DNA of 64,000 nt from Haemophilus sp. (GTDB lineage Bacteria > Pseudomonadota > Gammaproteobacteria > Enterobacterales > Pasteurellaceae): positions 750 to 64,749 of the forward strand of contig JAHZCF010000066.1 in the NCBI GenBank assembly GCA_019423005.1, given 5' to 3'. Numbering within the stretch: position 1 is the first letter of the stretch; each line of letters opens with the position of its first letter. The notes below the pieces were generated by a model. The model was not told the origin of the DNA, did not search any database, and saw only the letters and a program-made list of their open reading frames with translations. Positions 24,183-37,661 of the stretch are shown piece after piece. Made by a program: the position numbers and the translations under genes.

Positions 24183-25094
24183 ATGACAAATCATAAATTG
24201 AAAATGTGGTGGGAAACCGCTCGCCCAAAAACCTTGCCTTTGGCATTAGCTTCTATTTTTACTGGTTCAGCATTGGCATATTGGGCGGATAAAGAAAGTT
24301 TTAATCTCACCGTGATGTTACTTTGCTTGCTTACTACCATTTTATTGCAAGTACTTTCTAACTTTGCTAACGATTATGGTGATCATCAAAAAGGGTCAGA
24401 TACCGAAGAACGTATTGGGCCTTTACGTGGTATTCAGCAAGGTGCAATTTCTGCGAATGAGCTTAAATGTGGCTTAATTTTAATGGCAGTGGGTTCATTT
24501 TTTTCAGGCACATTCTTAATTGGTATCGCATATCAAAGTCTCACAGATTTATTGGCCTTTGCTGGGTTGGGTATTCTTGCCATTATTGCTGCCATTACTT
24601 ATACCGTAGGGGCTAAACCTTATGGTTATTTAGGTTTGGGCGATCTGTCAGTGTTGCTCTTTTTTGGACTATTAGGTGTTGGTGGAACTTATTATCTACA
24701 AACTCACAGCATTGATAGCTTAATTACTTTACCTGCGTTAGGCTCAGGTTTATTAGCAACAGCCGTTTTAAATATCAATAATTTACGTGATATTGAGCAA
24801 GATGCAAAAGTAGGAAAAAATACTTTAGTTGTACGTATGGGACCGAAGAAAGGACGTATTTATCACTGTGTTTTATTAAGCGTTGCTGCTTTATGTTATG
24901 TGCTATTTGCGGCATCAACAGCATTTAGCCCTTGGCATTTCTTATTTTTATTGGCATTTCCATTGTTATTAAAACACGCATTATTTGTTTATCGCAGCAA
25001 AGAGCCCGCAGTGTTACGTCCGATGTTAGCACAGATGTCAATGATTTCTTTATTTATCAATATCTTGTTTAGTTTAGGCTTGCTTATCGGCTAA
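24183..25094 (+). CDS. menA: 1,4-dihydroxy-2-naphthoate octaprenyltransferase
   Basis: [23 protein letters not shown]. Confidence 0.95.
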   Translation: MTNHKLKMWWETARPKTLPLALASIFTGSALAYWADKESFNLTVMLLCLLTTILLQVLSNFANDYGDHQKGSDTEERIGPLRGIQQGAISANELKCGLILMAVGSFFSGTFLIGIAYQSLTDLLAFAGLGILAIIAAITYTVGAKPYGYLGLGDLSVLLFFGLLGVGGTYYLQTHSIDSLITLPALGSGLLATAVLNINNLRDIEQDAKVGKNTLVVRMGPKKGRIYHCVLLSVAALCYVLFAASTAFSPWHFLFLLAFPLLLKHALFVYRSKEPAVLRPMLAQMSMISLFINILFSLGLLIG

Positions 25095-25139
25095 ATCGGC
25101 TTATACTAGAGAAAAAATTTTAACGACAAGGGGTACATT

Positions 25140-25640
25140 ATGTATATCGATACTTCAGAACTTTGTGATATTTATGCTGATCAAGTGGATGTGGTTGAGC
25201 CAATTTTTTCTAGCTTTGGTGGCGTCAGCAATTTCTACGGCAAAGTGACGACAGTAAAATGTTTTGAAAATAATGGATTAATTGCCGAAATTCTCGAAGA
25301 AAATGGTAACGGCAGAGTGCTTGTCGTAGATGGCGGTGGTGCAGTACGTCGTGCTTTAATTGATGCAGAGCTTGCACAACTTGCCGCAGATAATGACTGG
25401 GCGGGCATTATTGTTTATGGTGCCGTGCGTCAAATTCAACAACTTGAAAATATTGATATTGGTATTCATGCGCTTGCACCAATTCCAGTGGGCGCAGATG
25501 AAAATAATCAGGGTGAAAGTGATATTCCAGTCAATTTTGGTGGTGTAACGTTCTTCCCTGAAGACTACATTTATGCCGATTTAACAGGTATTATTCTTTC
25601 ACAAGAAGCATTAGATTTAGAAGACGTTGAAGAAGAATAA
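25140..25640 (+). CDS. rraA: Ribonuclease E activity regulator RraA
   Basis: [15 protein letters not shown]; follows menA. Confidence 0.94.
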   Translation: MYIDTSELCDIYADQVDVVEPIFSSFGGVSNFYGKVTTVKCFENNGLIAEILEENGNGRVLVVDGGGAVRRALIDAELAQLAADNDWAGIIVYGAVRQIQQLENIDIGIHALAPIPVGADENNQGESDIPVNFGGVTFFPEDYIYADLTGIILSQEALDLEDVEEE

Positions 25641-25663
25641 TTTTGAAATTATAGACCTTTTTA

Positions 25664-25692
25664 AAGTGCGGTTAGAAATAACCGCACTTTTT
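25664..25692. terminator. Uptake-sequence inverted-repeat terminator after rraA
   Basis: aaagtgcggtta-gaaa-taaccgcacttt followed by a T tract. Confidence 0.78.
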
Positions 25693-25702
25693 TTGTCAAA
25701 AA

Positions 25703-25724
25703 TTTTTTGAACAAGATCACATTT
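25703..25724. promoter_or_regulatory. CRP-like site upstream of the DASS transporter
   Basis: TTTGA-acaaga-TCACA versus TGTGA-N6-TCACA. Confidence 0.5.
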
Positions 25725-25803
25725 TAAACATTTGTTAGTTGAAAGTTTGTAACATTCATTTAACATCGAAAATAGTTCATCTGTAATCAGTTTGGAGGGA
25801 CTC

Positions 25804-27189
25804 ATGAACGAAACAAACACAACAAAAAATTATAAAAGTGGGATTATCTTTCTGCTGGCGATAGCCTGTTTTTTTATTTTATTAAAATCTTTACCTTTCG
25901 CACCTAAGGAAAATGCTGGTTTAGCATTATTAGCCTTTGTGGCGATTCTTTGGTTAACTGAGGCGTTACATGTCACCGTGACCGCTCTTTTGGTGCCATT
26001 ACTTGCAATTGCTCTTGATTTGGTGACAACCAAACAAGCTTTAGTGGCGTTTGCTGACCCAACCATTTTCTTATTCTTTGGTGGTTTTGCTTTAGCAACA
26101 GCTTTGCACATACAAAAACTCGATAAAATGATTGCCAATAAAATCATGGCAATGGCGCGTGGTAATTTGTTTGTCGCTGTGATGTATCTTTTTGCTATTA
26201 CCGCTTTCCTTTCCATGTGGATGAGTAACACTGCAACAGCCGCCATGATGTTACCTTTAGCAATGGGGATCTTAAGCAAACTTGATAAAGAAAAAGAACA
26301 TAATACTTATGTCTTCGTCTTATTAGGGATTGCGTATAGTGCAAGTATTGGTGGTATGGGAACATTAGTAGGTAGCCCACCAAATGCTATCGTTGCAAGT
26401 AACTTACATTTAACTTTCTCTGATTGGTTATGGTATGGTTTACCAATTATGCTCATTTTGATGCCGTTGATGATTGGTACACTTTTCATTGTCTTTAAAC
26501 CAAGACTTCATTTACATTTTGAACAAAACTTTGAACGTATTGAAATGAATGGCCAACGTGTTTTAACGCTTGTGATTTTTGGTCTCATTGCGCTTTGTTG
26601 GGTATTTAGTAGTTATATTAATCCAATCATTTCAAGTGTATTTGGTCTTGCTAAAAATATCGGTAGTTTTGATAGCGTTGTCGCATTGCTTGCTGCTGTC
26701 ATTATTTGTTCAACTGGTGTGGCAAATTGGAAACAAATCCAAGAAAGCACGGACTGGGGTGTATTAATGCTTTTCGGTGGTGGCTTAACTTTAAGCGCCG
26801 TGTTAAAAGATTCTGGTGCAAGTAAAGTATTAGCTGACGGTATTGTATTCTTAGTTCAAGGACAACATTACTATCTCATTGGTTTATTGGTCGCAACCTT
26901 CATTATTTTCTTAACTGAATTTACATCCAATACTGCGAGTGCAGCATTATTAGTGCCAATCTTTATTTCTATCGCGCAATCTCTTGGTATGCCAGAAATT
27001 GGTCTTGCCTTAATCATCGGTTTAGGTGCTTCTTGTGCCTTTATGTTACCAGTGGCGACACCGCCAAATGCAATCGTATTTGGTACGGGACATGTTCGTC
27101 AGAGTGATATGGTGAAAGCTGGGTTTATCTTAAATATTGTGTGTATACTCGTTATCGCGACAATAGGATATTATTTCTGGTTGAATTAA
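25804..27189 (+). CDS. DASS/SLC13 family sodium:dicarboxylate symporter
   Basis: Two SNT motifs, GSPPN and ATPPN. Confidence 0.9.
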   Translation: MNETNTTKNYKSGIIFLLAIACFFILLKSLPFAPKENAGLALLAFVAILWLTEALHVTVTALLVPLLAIALDLVTTKQALVAFADPTIFLFFGGFALATALHIQKLDKMIANKIMAMARGNLFVAVMYLFAITAFLSMWMSNTATAAMMLPLAMGILSKLDKEKEHNTYVFVLLGIAYSASIGGMGTLVGSPPNAIVASNLHLTFSDWLWYGLPIMLILMPLMIGTLFIVFKPRLHLHFEQNFERIEMNGQRVLTLVIFGLIALCWVFSSYINPIISSVFGLAKNIGSFDSVVALLAAVIICSTGVANWKQIQESTDWGVLMLFGGGLTLSAVLKDSGASKVLADGIVFLVQGQHYYLIGLLVATFIIFLTEFTSNTASAALLVPIFISIAQSLGMPEIGLALIIGLGASCAFMLPVATPPNAIVFGTGHVRQSDMVKAGFILNIVCILVIATIGYYFWLN

Positions 27190-27253
27190 TCGTATAAAAG
27201 AAAAGGGCGCGTTGGATATCTTCAACACGCCCTTTTATTATTCCAAATAAAGA

Positions 27254-29710
27254 TTATTCATCTTTATTTGATTTATCCTCTTCTTCTACTTCAATCTCAA
27301 CGTCATCTGCTTTGTCTGCAGCACCGTTAATCGTTAAGCAAACTTCGCTAGAAATCAAATGCTCTAAGATTGTTGCTAGTTCGTGTAATTTTTCTTTGTC
27401 ATCATCGAAATAACCTTCTTCTTTTAAGTTAGCAATGAAGGCCGAGAAGACTGCTTTATCAAAGAACTCTGGTGCGTTAATACCGTGTAATACAGAAAGA
27501 CGCTGTGCCACCAATTGGCTTTCTTTTTCTAATAATCCGCGAGCAATTCCAGGATCTCTACGTAAAATGCTTACTGTAATGTAGTAGCGTTGTAAGATTT
27601 CACGCATACCGGCAGACCAAAGTTGTAAAATACGAACTTTAGAGCGGTGGATAGATAAGAAATTATTATTGGCTTGGATAACATCCTGACGCGCAAATTC
27701 ATCAATAATGGCTTTAATTTGTGTATTTAATTCTTCTTCATTGAAATGAAGGAAGAGTTCACCTTTTAAGAATGGATAAATTTTACGAACCGCATCCAAT
27801 AATAAATCTTTTTGGATTGCTTCATAATGTAAAACGATACTCGCAACAAGTGAAGGCAACACAAATAAGTGTTGAATATTATTTCGGTAATACGTCATGA
27901 GAACAGCAGAATTACGTTCTAAACGAATAATTTCCCCAAAGTTATCTTTTTCAACTAACACGCCAACACGATCTAAGCTTAATACGTGGTCAAGCATCGC
28001 TTTTGGTGTATCAGTTGGTAGTACCACATCAGTAGAATACGGTACATTCTTTAACATTTCTTGATAACTAGAGAGTTGTTCTAATAGTTGCTCATGAGAA
28101 AGCGCACGTTGACGAGAAGAGAGTAGAGCGGTCCCCACTAAATTCATCGCATTGACGGCTGCAGCTTTATTAATATTTACCATTACTTGATTAGAAACAG
28201 CCCCAACCGCATGGTTAAACCAGTGTGGTTTATCTTCATGATGTTGTTCTTTCCATTCTGGATAATGGTGATTGAGGTAATTTGAAAGCGTAATTGGCTC
28301 ACCAAAATTCACAAAGCCTTGACCTAAATTACGTAATTTTTTAATCACACGTAAAACTAAGCCTGCATTTTCTTTTTCTTTCGCTGCACCACGTAATTCT
28401 TTCGCGTAAGTATCTACTTCCAATACGTGCTCATAACCGATATACACGGGCACTACAGAAATTGGACGCGTTTGGTTATGTTGAAGCGCTTGTAGTGTCA
28501 TCGACATCATACCAGTTTTCGGTGCAAGCAAGCGACCTGTACGAGAACGACCACCTTCAATGAAGTATTCGACGGAATAACCGCGGTGGAATAATTCCCC
28601 TAAATATTCACGGAAAATCGCAGAATAAAGGCGGTTGCCTTTAAACGTACGGCGAATAAAAAATGCTCCCCAACTACGAAATAAAGGACCTGCTGGCCAG
28701 AAGTTTAAGTTAATCCCTGCTGCAATGTGTGGAGGTACAAGACCTTGGTGATAGAGCACATAAGAAAGTAATAAATAGTCAATGTGACTACGGTGACAAG
28801 GCACATAAACAATCTCATAACCTTCTAGCGCAAGTTTACGCACGCGGTCTGCATTTTGTACATCAATACCAGAATACAGTTTGTTCCATAACCAACGTAA
28901 GAAACGATCCGCTGCACGAAGGCTGGAATGGCTTACATTTGCTGCAATTTCATGAAGAATTTTTTCGGCTTCAGCGTAGGCTTTCTCACGGCTGATATTT
29001 TTTGATTTTGCCTCATCTTCAATTGCATTTTGAATTGCTTGAGAATTTAATAGCTTATTAAACATCGCTTCGCGGTTTGGCAAACGAGGCCCTGTCGCGG
29101 AAATGCGTTGTTTAGCAAAGTGCATTTTAGCCACGCGAGCCAGTTTTTGTGCAATTTTTTCATCTGAACCGTGCTCATTTACCATGTAACGCAAAGAAAG
29201 CGCTTGAGAAAAACGCACAAAAGTATCACGTCCAAACCAAATCGCAGCAAAGGTTTTTTGAAGACCGTTTAATAAGCGAAGATTGGGTAAGTTTGCTTTA
29301 TCTTCCTTACCTGGTGAACGTCCCCAAAGCACAGAAACAGGAATGAGTTGTACATCTAAATCGGCTGCATCACGGTGCAATTCTAAGTATTTATTGAAGA
29401 CTTTGGCGGTTTCATCTTTTGCGCCTTTTGATTTAAAAAAGCGGCGACCTTCATCTAGATAGACATAACGTGGTAATGCTACGCCATCAATCACATTCTT
29501 TTCAGCTGGATCAGGCAAACCTACACTCAAACAGTTACGACGGAAAATCACGAAGTCAGTTTGAGAGGTATAAGGTAAAACATAAAGAATAGGTTGATTG
29601 ATATTGAGTTGAAGCTCTTCGATGGGTTGAGCGGGAATAGGATTATTTTTTACTAAAACCGAAAGCGGTAATTCTAATAATTTACGATAAGTACTTACGA
29701 TGCCAGACAT
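27254..29710 (-). CDS. plsB: Glycerol-3-phosphate acyltransferase
   Basis: [23 protein letters not shown]; alternative start at 29737. Confidence 0.95.
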   Translation of the reverse strand: MSGIVSTYRKLLELPLSVLVKNNPIPAQPIEELQLNINQPILYVLPYTSQTDFVIFRRNCLSVGLPDPAEKNVIDGVALPRYVYLDEGRRFFKSKGAKDETAKVFNKYLELHRDAADLDVQLIPVSVLWGRSPGKEDKANLPNLRLLNGLQKTFAAIWFGRDTFVRFSQALSLRYMVNEHGSDEKIAQKLARVAKMHFAKQRISATGPRLPNREAMFNKLLNSQAIQNAIEDEAKSKNISREKAYAEAEKILHEIAANVSHSSLRAADRFLRWLWNKLYSGIDVQNADRVRKLALEGYEIVYVPCHRSHIDYLLLSYVLYHQGLVPPHIAAGINLNFWPAGPLFRSWGAFFIRRTFKGNRLYSAIFREYLGELFHRGYSVEYFIEGGRSRTGRLLAPKTGMMSMTLQALQHNQTRPISVVPVYIGYEHVLEVDTYAKELRGAAKEKENAGLVLRVIKKLRNLGQGFVNFGEPITLSNYLNHHYPEWKEQHHEDKPHWFNHAVGAVSNQVMVNINKAAAVNAMNLVGTALLSSRQRALSHEQLLEQLSSYQEMLKNVPYSTDVVLPTDTPKAMLDHVLSLDRVGVLVEKDNFGEIIRLERNSAVLMTYYRNNIQHLFVLPSLVASIVLHYEAIQKDLLLDAVRKIYPFLKGELFLHFNEEELNTQIKAIIDEFARQDVIQANNNFLSIHRSKVRILQLWSAGMREILQRYYITVSILRRDPGIARGLLEKESQLVAQRLSVLHGINAPEFFDKAVFSAFIANLKEEGYFDDDKEKLHELATILEHLISSEVCLTINGAADKADDVEIEVEEEDKSNKDE

Positions 29711-29883
29711 AATTAATATTCTCTTTTTGTTAGACATTTCTAGGTATTGTCGGGCATTTTAACACATTCGACCAGTCAAATTCTAAAAATTTACATTTGA
29801 GATTTATGATGAACACTCAAAAATATGAAAAAAATTGACCGCACTTTTACCTCCAGAAAATAGTTGTTGCAATCGTTATCTTT

Positions 29884-29920
29884 CTGTATATACTAACAGT
29901 CATTCTGTATAAAGTAACAG
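29884..29920. promoter_or_regulatory. Two tandem LexA (SOS) boxes
   Basis: CTGTATATACTAACAG (29884-29899) and CTGTATAAAGTAACAG (29905-29920) match CTGT-N8-ACAG, directly upstream of lexA. Confidence 0.9.
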
Positions 29921-29928
29921 GAGTGTAT

Positions 29929-30555
29929 ATGAGACCATTAACTGCCAGACAACAAGAAGTGCTGGAACTCTTAAAGCGCCATTTAGAAACCACGGGTATG
30001 CCGCCTACTCGTGCAGAAATTTCTCGTGAATTAGGCTTTAAATCCCCTAATGCGGCAGAAGAACACTTAAAAGCACTTGCTCGTAAAGGTGCAATTGAAA
30101 TTGTTGCGGGCGCTTCTCGCGGTATTCGCATTATTGATGATAGTGCTAATGATGAGGAAGAAGAGGGCTTACCGCTCATCGGTCGCGTAGCCGCAGGGGA
30201 GCCGATTCTGGCTGAGCAACATATTGAAGGCACTTATCGTGTTGATGCGAATATGTTTAAGCCACAAGCTGACTTTTTATTAAAAGTATATGGCCAATCC
30301 ATGAAAGATATCGGCATTTTAGATGGCGATCTTCTTGCCGTGCATAGCACAAAAGATGTGCGAAATGGACAGATTGTTGTTGCCCGAATTGAAGATGAAG
30401 TGACAGTAAAACGCTTAGAACGTAAAGGTTCAGTTATTTATCTGCATGCAGAAAATGAAGAGTTTCAGCCGATTGTCGTTAATCTTGAAGAACAGCCTCA
30501 TTTTGAAATTGAAGGGATTGCAGTAGGGATCATTCGTAATAACGCTTGGATGTAA
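29929..30555 (+). CDS. lexA: SOS repressor LexA
   Basis: PPTRAEI, VAAGEP cleavage site, GQSM and VTVK catalytic motifs. Confidence 0.97.
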   Translation: MRPLTARQQEVLELLKRHLETTGMPPTRAEISRELGFKSPNAAEEHLKALARKGAIEIVAGASRGIRIIDDSANDEEEEGLPLIGRVAAGEPILAEQHIEGTYRVDANMFKPQADFLLKVYGQSMKDIGILDGDLLAVHSTKDVRNGQIVVARIEDEVTVKRLERKGSVIYLHAENEEFQPIVVNLEEQPHFEIEGIAVGIIRNNAWM

Positions 30556-30676
30556 TGATGAAAGTGCGGTGAGAAAATAAAGTGTTTTGTGACCGCACTT
30601 TGTCTATTCTGGCTATTTGCCATTCGGCTTATTGCTCTCTATAATGCCAAAAAATTTTCAAATCAAGGAAGGAAAC

Positions 30677-31501
30677 ATGCAGTTTTCCAAAATGCATGGC
30701 CTTGGCAATGACTTTGTTGTTGTTGATGCTGTGACGCAAAATGCCTATTTTACCCCTGAAACCATTAAACGCTTAGCTGATCGTCATCGTGGTATTGGTT
30801 TTGATCAGCTTTTAATCGTTGAGCCACCTTATGATCCAGATTTAGATTTCCATTATCGTATTTTTAATGCCGATGGTAGTGAAGTGTCGCAATGTGGAAA
30901 TGGGGCAAGATGTTTTGCGCGTTTTGTCACCTTAAAAGGGTTGACCAATAAAAAGGATATTGCAGTAAGCACACAAAAAGGAAAAATGGTTTTAACGGTA
31001 AAAGAAGATGGGCAAATTCGCGTCAATATGGGCGAGCCGATTTGGGAACCCAATAAAATTCCTTTTACTGCTAACAAATTTGAAAAAAACTATATTCTAC
31101 GTACCGATGTTCAAACGGTGCTTTGTGGTGCAGTATCAATGGGCAATCCACATTGCGTTGTTCAAGTGGACAATATTGAAACGGCCAATGTAGCAGAGTT
31201 AGGTCCACTCTTAGAAAGTCATGAACGTTTTCCAGAAAGAGTAAACGCTGGATTTATGCAAGTCGTCAATCGTAACCACATTAAATTGCGTGTATATGAA
31301 CGTGGTGCAGGTGAAACACAAGCTTGTGGCAGTGGCGCTTGTGCAGCAGCGGCTGTTGGAATTATGCAAGGTTTACTTGATAACAAAGTGCAGGTTGATC
31401 TACCTGGTGGTAGCTTGCTTATTGAGTGGGAAGGCGTAGGTTCGCCGCTTTATATGACGGGTGATGCGACTCATATCTATGATGGCAACATTCACCTTTA
31501 A
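30677..31501 (+). CDS. dapF: Diaminopimelate epimerase
   Basis: [29 protein letters not shown]. Confidence 0.97.
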   Translation: MQFSKMHGLGNDFVVVDAVTQNAYFTPETIKRLADRHRGIGFDQLLIVEPPYDPDLDFHYRIFNADGSEVSQCGNGARCFARFVTLKGLTNKKDIAVSTQKGKMVLTVKEDGQIRVNMGEPIWEPNKIPFTANKFEKNYILRTDVQTVLCGAVSMGNPHCVVQVDNIETANVAELGPLLESHERFPERVNAGFMQVVNRNHIKLRVYERGAGETQACGSGACAAAAVGIMQGLLDNKVQVDLPGGSLLIEWEGVGSPLYMTGDATHIYDGNIHL

Positions 31502-31552
31502 TCTCTTCTAATCGAATAAAAAATGCGTGGAAACTATCCACGCATTTTTTAT

Positions 31553-32305
31553 TTATTGTTCAACTTCCACATCACGCTGATTTAATGGTTGCGTTGGGCG
31601 GTTGTTTTTTCCTTCCATTTCTTCTATTGCGGCAATTTGTGCTTTGCTTGCTTGAATTGGTGATTTAAAAATGGTCCAAGCCACGTTTTCACTACAAGGT
31701 GGAGTGGTGAGAGATCCATTTAAGCGGAAACGTGCCATCTCTTTTGGTATTAGCGCTTTAATATCAATCTGTTGAGCCAATTTTTCTTTTTGTCCAACGG
31801 TGAGTTTTTTTTCAACGACTGGTGCTAATGCTGGATTCGCTTCACCTTCATTTACCATTACGGCAACAACCGCTAATGCTTTATCTTCACTTTGATGAAC
31901 AAAATGAATCTCTAAAGGATAATGTTGGCGTTTAAAAGTATGTTCACTTGGTGTGTGAAAGTGAAATTGTTTTAAATAGAATGGTTTATTGTTGAGCATA
32001 ATAAATGGTACATTTTCTTGTGCAACACTGACTTGCACGGTATGTCCATTGTTTTCTACTTGATACTCCGCAGGGAAGTAATTCATCTTAAGTGGTTTAT
32101 TGGCCACTTTCATGCCGTTATCTGCTTCCAGATTAACAGGCGACTGAACCTTCCCTAGCTTACAGGTTTGATATTCGGTGAGCAAATCACCCCAATGTTC
32201 AGGGCTTTCTTTTCCATTATAAGACCAATGCGCTTTATGCGTTTGGGCAAATGATGCTGTGCTTAATGCGATAAGTAAGCTAGAAAGCAATAGACGAGTC
32301 TTCAT
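31553..32305 (-). CDS. Periplasmic alpha-class carbonic anhydrase
   Basis: Signal peptide, QSP, QFHFHTPSEH, EIHFVH, GSLTTPPCSE, NNRPTQ. Confidence 0.93.
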   Translation of the reverse strand: MKTRLLLSSLLIALSTASFAQTHKAHWSYNGKESPEHWGDLLTEYQTCKLGKVQSPVNLEADNGMKVANKPLKMNYFPAEYQVENNGHTVQVSVAQENVPFIMLNNKPFYLKQFHFHTPSEHTFKRQHYPLEIHFVHQSEDKALAVVAVMVNEGEANPALAPVVEKKLTVGQKEKLAQQIDIKALIPKEMARFRLNGSLTTPPCSENVAWTIFKSPIQASKAQIAAIEEMEGKNNRPTQPLNQRDVEVEQ

Positions 32306-32458
32306 AAGGCACCTCTCCTTTTTTGTGGTATATGCCTCATCGATTCTACTGGTTCTGTATGATAACTTTTTGATTTTGGTCAAGTTTTGTTTGAGTGTTG
32401 AACTCATCGTACAAGTGGGGATAATGCTAAAAAAGCCGTCTATTTTGATCGCACTTTT

Positions 32459-33391
32459 TTAGTACTGACAGAGTCGTTCTCTCAGATCTTCTGCGGTTTG
32501 GCAGGTTTTAATTCGTTCAAAAACGATATCTGCTTCAGGATATTCTTTATTAAGATAGCGTAGCCATTGTTTGATGCGGGCAACATGATAAAAACCGGAA
32601 TCATGGAAATTTTCCATTTCCGCATATTTTTGCAAGATCTTTTGAATATCCGTCCAAGACATTTTTTCGCAATTTTGTTTAAGTACAAGGCTTAAGTTTG
32701 GAATATTTAATGCACCACGCCCGACCATTAGATCTTCGCAACCTGTCGCTTTTAAACAGGCTTGACCATCTTCCCAACGCCAAATTTCACCATTAGCAAT
32801 TACAGGGATCGTCAAACGAGATCTCACTTCACCGATTTTTTCCCAATTGATGCGATCGGCATGATAGCCATCGGCTTTAGTTCGACCGTGAATAGTGATT
32901 TCAGTGGCACCGCCTTGTTGTACCGCATCGGCAATTTCAAACGCTTGTGAAGTACAATCCCAACCTAATCGCACTTTAACGCTGACAGGTAAATGACTAG
33001 GTACGGTTTTACGTAAGGCTAGAGTCGCTTGATAAATTAATTCAGGTTGCTTGAGAAGTGCAGCACCTCCGTTACTCCCATTAACGGTTTTGGATGGGCA
33101 ACCACAATTTAAATCAATGCCATGTGAGCCCAGTTCAATGGCGCGATTGGCATTTTCAGCAAGACAATTAGGATGTTGACCTAAAAGTTGGACACGAACA
33201 GGGGTTCTAGAAGGGGTAAACCCTTGATTTTTGAGTTCAGGGCAAAGACGATAAAAGACTTTTTCAGGTAAGAGTTGATCCACCACGCGAACAAATTCGG
33301 TGACGCAGAGATCATATTCATTCACCTCGGTTAAAAGCTGGCGAACGAAAGGGTCAAGCACTCCTTGCATGGGGGCGAGGATAACACGCAC
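32459..33391 (-). CDS. dusC: tRNA-dihydrouridine(16) synthase
   Basis: LAPMQGV, NCGCPSK, IHGRTK. Confidence 0.92.
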   Translation of the reverse strand: MRVILAPMQGVLDPFVRQLLTEVNEYDLCVTEFVRVVDQLLPEKVFYRLCPELKNQGFTPSRTPVRVQLLGQHPNCLAENANRAIELGSHGIDLNCGCPSKTVNGSNGGAALLKQPELIYQATLALRKTVPSHLPVSVKVRLGWDCTSQAFEIADAVQQGGATEITIHGRTKADGYHADRINWEKIGEVRSRLTIPVIANGEIWRWEDGQACLKATGCEDLMVGRGALNIPNLSLVLKQNCEKMSWTDIQKILQKYAEMENFHDSGFYHVARIKQWLRYLNKEYPEADIVFERIKTCQTAEDLRERLCQY

Positions 33392-34257
33392 TATTTCCAG
33401 CCTTTCACTTTACAAATTAAATCGTAAGCGGCTTGGATTTGTTGCGCTTTTTCTTTAGCCATTTCCATCATTTCTGGCGGTAAGCCTTTCGCAACTAATT
33501 TATCTGGGTGATGTTCATTCATTAAACGACGATATGCACGTTTTACAGCATTACGGTCATCACTTTCACTCACGCCTAATACTTTATAAGCATCACTTAA
33601 TGTTGGGCCTGAAGATTGTTGGTATCCGCCCTGTTGTTGATATTGGTAGCCACCTTGCTGTTGATAACCACCTTGTTGGTATTGGCGATAGAAGCCACCT
33701 TGGGTAAATTGGCGAGCCGCAATTTCCATTGCCAGCATTTGCTCAAACTGCATACGGGAAAGACCGAGTTCTTCGGCTACCACATAAAGCACTTCTTTTT
33801 CTGACTCATGTAATTGAGAATCAGCAAATGCAGCCTGCACTTGCACGTGTAAAAACATTCTCAGCAAGTCAGCACGTTGTCCACATCCAATACGGAATTC
33901 GCGAATCACCTGGCGTAGTGGAAAATCTGTTGCTTTACCTCGACTAAATGCCTCTTGAGCAAGTTTGCGATGACTCTCATCTAATTGCATTTGGTTCATC
34001 AACTGATTCGCCAGTTGAATATCTTCTTCTGTCACACGACCTTTGGATTTACTTAAATGCCCAAGTACCGCAAAGGTAGTTTGCATAAAGAGCGCTTGTC
34101 GGGTCGTTTTTTTCTTAAAAAAGCTAGAGTTAACCGAACCAAGCTCATAGAGTTTTTTATCTGCGATAGAGCCTAAAATAAGTCCAGCGATGGCGCCAAA
34201 AAAGCCCCCCCATTTAAAACCGAGAAAAACGCCGATAATCTTTCCAAAAAAATACAT
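33391..34257 (-). CDS. djlA: Co-chaperone DjlA
   Basis: N-terminal TM, TerB-like domain, C-terminal J-domain with HPD. Confidence 0.94.
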   Translation of the reverse strand: MYFFGKIIGVFLGFKWGGFFGAIAGLILGSIADKKLYELGSVNSSFFKKKTTRQALFMQTTFAVLGHLSKSKGRVTEEDIQLANQLMNQMQLDESHRKLAQEAFSRGKATDFPLRQVIREFRIGCGQRADLLRMFLHVQVQAAFADSQLHESEKEVLYVVAEELGLSRMQFEQMLAMEIAARQFTQGGFYRQYQQGGYQQQGGYQYQQQGGYQQSSGPTLSDAYKVLGVSESDDRNAVKRAYRRLMNEHHPDKLVAKGLPPEMMEMAKEKAQQIQAAYDLICKVKGWK

Positions 34258-34363
34258 TCTCTTCCCCTAAAGTGCGGTCAAAAAGGTCTTTGACAATAAT
34301 GGGCAGACGCAAATGTCTGCCCTTACATTAATATGGCTTTATTCTTATTTTTCAAGTGATGAA

Positions 34364-35005
34364 TTACACACCATAACTTTCACGATAAGCCCGCATCGCA
34401 GGTAAATATTGCTGATAATCGGGTTCTTTTTCAATGAATTGCATTAAATCATCCAAATCAATAATGGAAAGCACTTGGCATTGATAGTCTCGTTCTACTT
34501 CTTGGATGGCTGACAGTTCCCCTTTGCCTTTTTCCTGACGATTTAATGCAATAAAGACAGCGGCTAATTTCGCGTTATTGGCTTCAAGATGCGCCATGGA
34601 TTCACGAATGGCTGTGCCAGCTGTAATGACATCATCGATTAACAACACATTGCCGGTTAATGAGCTACCGATCAAATTACCGCCTTCACCGTGATCTTTG
34701 GCTTCTTTACGATTAAAGCAAACAGGTGTGTCACGGTTAAATTGATTGAATAGTGCAATGGAAACGCTCGTCGCAATCGGAATGCCTTTGTAGGCAGGAC
34801 CAAAAATGACATCAAAATCGACCGCACTTGATTGAATTGCCTTCGCATAGAATTCACCTAAGCGAGCAAGATCTGCCCCCGTGCTGAATAATCCTGCGTT
34901 AAAAAAATAAGGGCTTTTTCGACCTGATTTTAGTGCAAACTCGCCAAATTTAAGCACGTTACGGCTCAAGGCAAATTTAATAAATTCGATTTTGTAGCTT
35001 TCCAT
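34364..35005 (-). CDS. pyrE: Orotate phosphoribosyltransferase
   Basis: [31 protein letters not shown]. Confidence 0.96.
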   Translation of the reverse strand: MESYKIEFIKFALSRNVLKFGEFALKSGRKSPYFFNAGLFSTGADLARLGEFYAKAIQSSAVDFDVIFGPAYKGIPIATSVSIALFNQFNRDTPVCFNRKEAKDHGEGGNLIGSSLTGNVLLIDDVITAGTAIRESMAHLEANNAKLAAVFIALNRQEKGKGELSAIQEVERDYQCQVLSIIDLDDLMQFIEKEPDYQQYLPAMRAYRESYGV

Positions 35006-35014
35006 TTTTTGTTC

Positions 35015-35731
35015 CTATAAACCTAATGCTTCACGTTGTGCAGCCAAGATTTGTTCGCAGCCTTGTTTGGCTAAGCCTAATAAGGTGAGTAATTCTTCGT
35101 GGCTGAATGGTTCGCCTTCTGCGGTACCTTGCACTTCGATCATGCGGCCATCTTCCATCATCACAACGTTCATATCTGTTTCGGCAGCTGAGTCTTCTAC
35201 ATATTCCAAATCACATACAGCCTCACCCTCAACAATTCCAACTGAAACTGCAGCAACGAGACCTTTGATTGGATTGGTTTTTAATGTGCCGTTAGCGATT
35301 AAACCGTTGATAGCATCACATAAAGCCACTGCTGCACCAGTGATAGAAGCTGTTCTTGTACCGCCATCCGCTTGAATCACGTCGCAGTCTAAGGTAATAG
35401 AGCGTTCGCCAAGAGCCTCTAAGTCAACCATTGCACGTAATGAACGCGCGATTAAGCGTTGAATTTCCATGGTGCGTCCACCTTGTTTGCCTTTTGCTGC
35501 TTCACGTTGCATACGGCTGTGTGCAGAGCGAGGTAACATACCATATTCTGCTGTCACCCAACCTTGATTCTGTCCTTTTAAGAAACGCGGTACGCTTTCA
35601 TCAACACTCGCCGTACATAAAACTTTAGTATCACCAAATTCCACCAATACTGAGCCTTCAGCATGTTTCGTATAATTACGGGTGATTTTAATTGGACGAG
35701 GCTGATGATTTTCACGATTATTTGGACGCAT
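35015..35731 (-). CDS. rph: Ribonuclease PH
   Basis: [19 protein letters not shown]. Confidence 0.96.
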   Translation of the reverse strand: MRPNNRENHQPRPIKITRNYTKHAEGSVLVEFGDTKVLCTASVDESVPRFLKGQNQGWVTAEYGMLPRSAHSRMQREAAKGKQGGRTMEIQRLIARSLRAMVDLEALGERSITLDCDVIQADGGTRTASITGAAVALCDAINGLIANGTLKTNPIKGLVAAVSVGIVEGEAVCDLEYVEDSAAETDMNVVMMEDGRMIEVQGTAEGEPFSHEELLTLLGLAKQGCEQILAAQREALGL

Positions 35732-35793
35732 TCTGAATTCCTTTATTTTATTGATAAAAAAAGCGAGCTTATTTTAGCACGCTTTTTAGTGTT

Positions 35794-37536
35794 TTATGGA
35801 TTTGCTTGTTCAAACTCACGAATTTTATTAAACACATCTTGTAAATCTGTACCATAGTTAATTTTTTGTAATTCAGGCACAGAGTTAGATTTTACTAACA
35901 TTCTGAGTGGTTGGAATTGCATATTGCACAAGTAGATTTGTTGATGTGGCAACATATGTTGTACAAAGTGGGTGAGTGCATGAATGCCCCCAGTATCAAG
36001 CACAGTCACAGCATCACATTGCAACACGATATGTTTAATTTCGTGATCCGTATGTACGGTTTTATCATGCAAATCCGCAAAGAGTTTATCTGCCGCAGCA
36101 AAGAACAATGGGCCACTGATACGATAAGCTAACACATCATTCAGATCTTCTGGTGCAGGTTGCTCAATAGCTTTTGTCATTTCTGCAATGGTGCGGATAA
36201 ATAAGAGACTCGCTAATAATACGCCGACAGAGATGGCGATCACCATATCAAATAACACGGTGAGAATTAAGCAAGTGAACAACACGGCAATTTCATTTTT
36301 TGTTGAGCGACGCGCCAAACGAATGATTTCAGGTACATTCGCCATATGCCAAGCTACCATTAATAGCAATGCAGCCATAGAAGAGAGCGGCAAATAAGAC
36401 AGGGCATTCGCAAAGAATAATAGCGAGAATAAAACTAAGAGTGCATGAATTACACTGGCTATTGGTGATACAGCCCCAGATTTTACATTGGCCGCGGAAC
36501 GTGCAATTGCCGCGGTTGCAGTAATGCCGCCTAAGAATGGTGAAATAATATTCCCTAAGCCTTGGGCGAGTAATTCATTATTGGAATGATGTTTGGTATC
36601 CGTCATGTTATCTAAAATGACCGCACAAAGTAGCGATTCAATTGCGCCTAATACAGCCATAGAAAAGGCGGCAGGCAAGATATCTTGTATGCGATCAAAA
36701 TTCCAATTGATGACTTCACCTTGTGCATTAGGAATATTCCAAGGTAAGGCAAATTCAGGCAAGACATTAGGGATACCATATCCTGTTGTCCCATCAGATA
36801 AGGTGTATTGGAATGCCGTACCAATAGTTTCAACCGAGAAACCAAATTGTCCTAAGGCTAATGCCATGAGTGTCCCAATAATGACCGCAGGTAAATGACC
36901 CGGCACAGGTAAACGAAGTTTGTGCCATTGGGTGAGGACAAATAAGGTGACCACACCAACAGCGGTATCAGCCCAGCTAATCGTCGGAAGTGCGGTTAAA
37001 ATAGTCTGTACTTTTTCAATATAGTGAGGTGGCATCTGAGCAATGTCTAGACCTAAGAAATCTTTGATTTGCAAGGTGCCGATAGTGATCCCAATTCCGC
37101 AGGTAAAGCCAAGTGTAACGGGGAGAGGAATGTACTCAATTAATCGCCCTAATCGAGACAAGGCCATGATGACTAAAATAATCCCCGAAAGTAGCGTCGC
37201 CATAAGCAATCCGCTGAGTCCAAATTGTTGGGTAACGGGATATAAAATCACGACAAATGCGGCGGTTGGTCCTGAAATATTAAAACGAGATCCACCGGTT
37301 AACGCAATCACGATACCCGCCACGATAGCAGTATAAAGACCGTGTTGTGGTGGAACACCGCTGGCGATCGCCAAGGCCATGGAGAGGGGAATCGCAATAA
37401 CTCCCACAGTGAGGCCCGCGATAATATCTTTTATCAATTTTTGTTTTCCGTAACCTTCACGGAAAGATTCTTTCAATGCGCTAAATGGTTTTACGGCCAA
37501 AAACACATTTTTAGAAAAGAGAGATTTGATTTGCAT
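35794..37536 (-). CDS. dauA: SulP family C4-dicarboxylate transporter DauA with STAS domain
   Basis: [32 protein letters not shown]-terminal STAS. Confidence 0.88.
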   Translation of the reverse strand: MQIKSLFSKNVFLAVKPFSALKESFREGYGKQKLIKDIIAGLTVGVIAIPLSMALAIASGVPPQHGLYTAIVAGIVIALTGGSRFNISGPTAAFVVILYPVTQQFGLSGLLMATLLSGIILVIMALSRLGRLIEYIPLPVTLGFTCGIGITIGTLQIKDFLGLDIAQMPPHYIEKVQTILTALPTISWADTAVGVVTLFVLTQWHKLRLPVPGHLPAVIIGTLMALALGQFGFSVETIGTAFQYTLSDGTTGYGIPNVLPEFALPWNIPNAQGEVINWNFDRIQDILPAAFSMAVLGAIESLLCAVILDNMTDTKHHSNNELLAQGLGNIISPFLGGITATAAIARSAANVKSGAVSPIASVIHALLVLFSLLFFANALSYLPLSSMAALLLMVAWHMANVPEIIRLARRSTKNEIAVLFTCLILTVLFDMVIAISVGVLLASLLFIRTIAEMTKAIEQPAPEDLNDVLAYRISGPLFFAAADKLFADLHDKTVHTDHEIKHIVLQCDAVTVLDTGGIHALTHFVQHMLPHQQIYLCNMQFQPLRMLVKSNSVPELQKINYGTDLQDVFNKIREFEQANP

Positions 37537-37661
37537 AAAAATACGACGATAGAAAAGAGGTAAGTTTATATTTTAGCTAAAAGGAAAAGGATTTTTTATG
37601 TTCTAGCTCAAAAAACTTGACTAATCTTGGATAAATCTTTATATTTCACGCACTTCAAAAC

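Noticed and set aside
33616..33705. QQGGY repeats in djlA
   Set aside because: In-frame low-complexity linker before the J-domain; degenerate at the DNA level and not phase-variable.
35006..35014. E. coli-style pyrE attenuator between rph and pyrE
   Set aside because: The intergenic gap is only 9 bp, with no hairpin.
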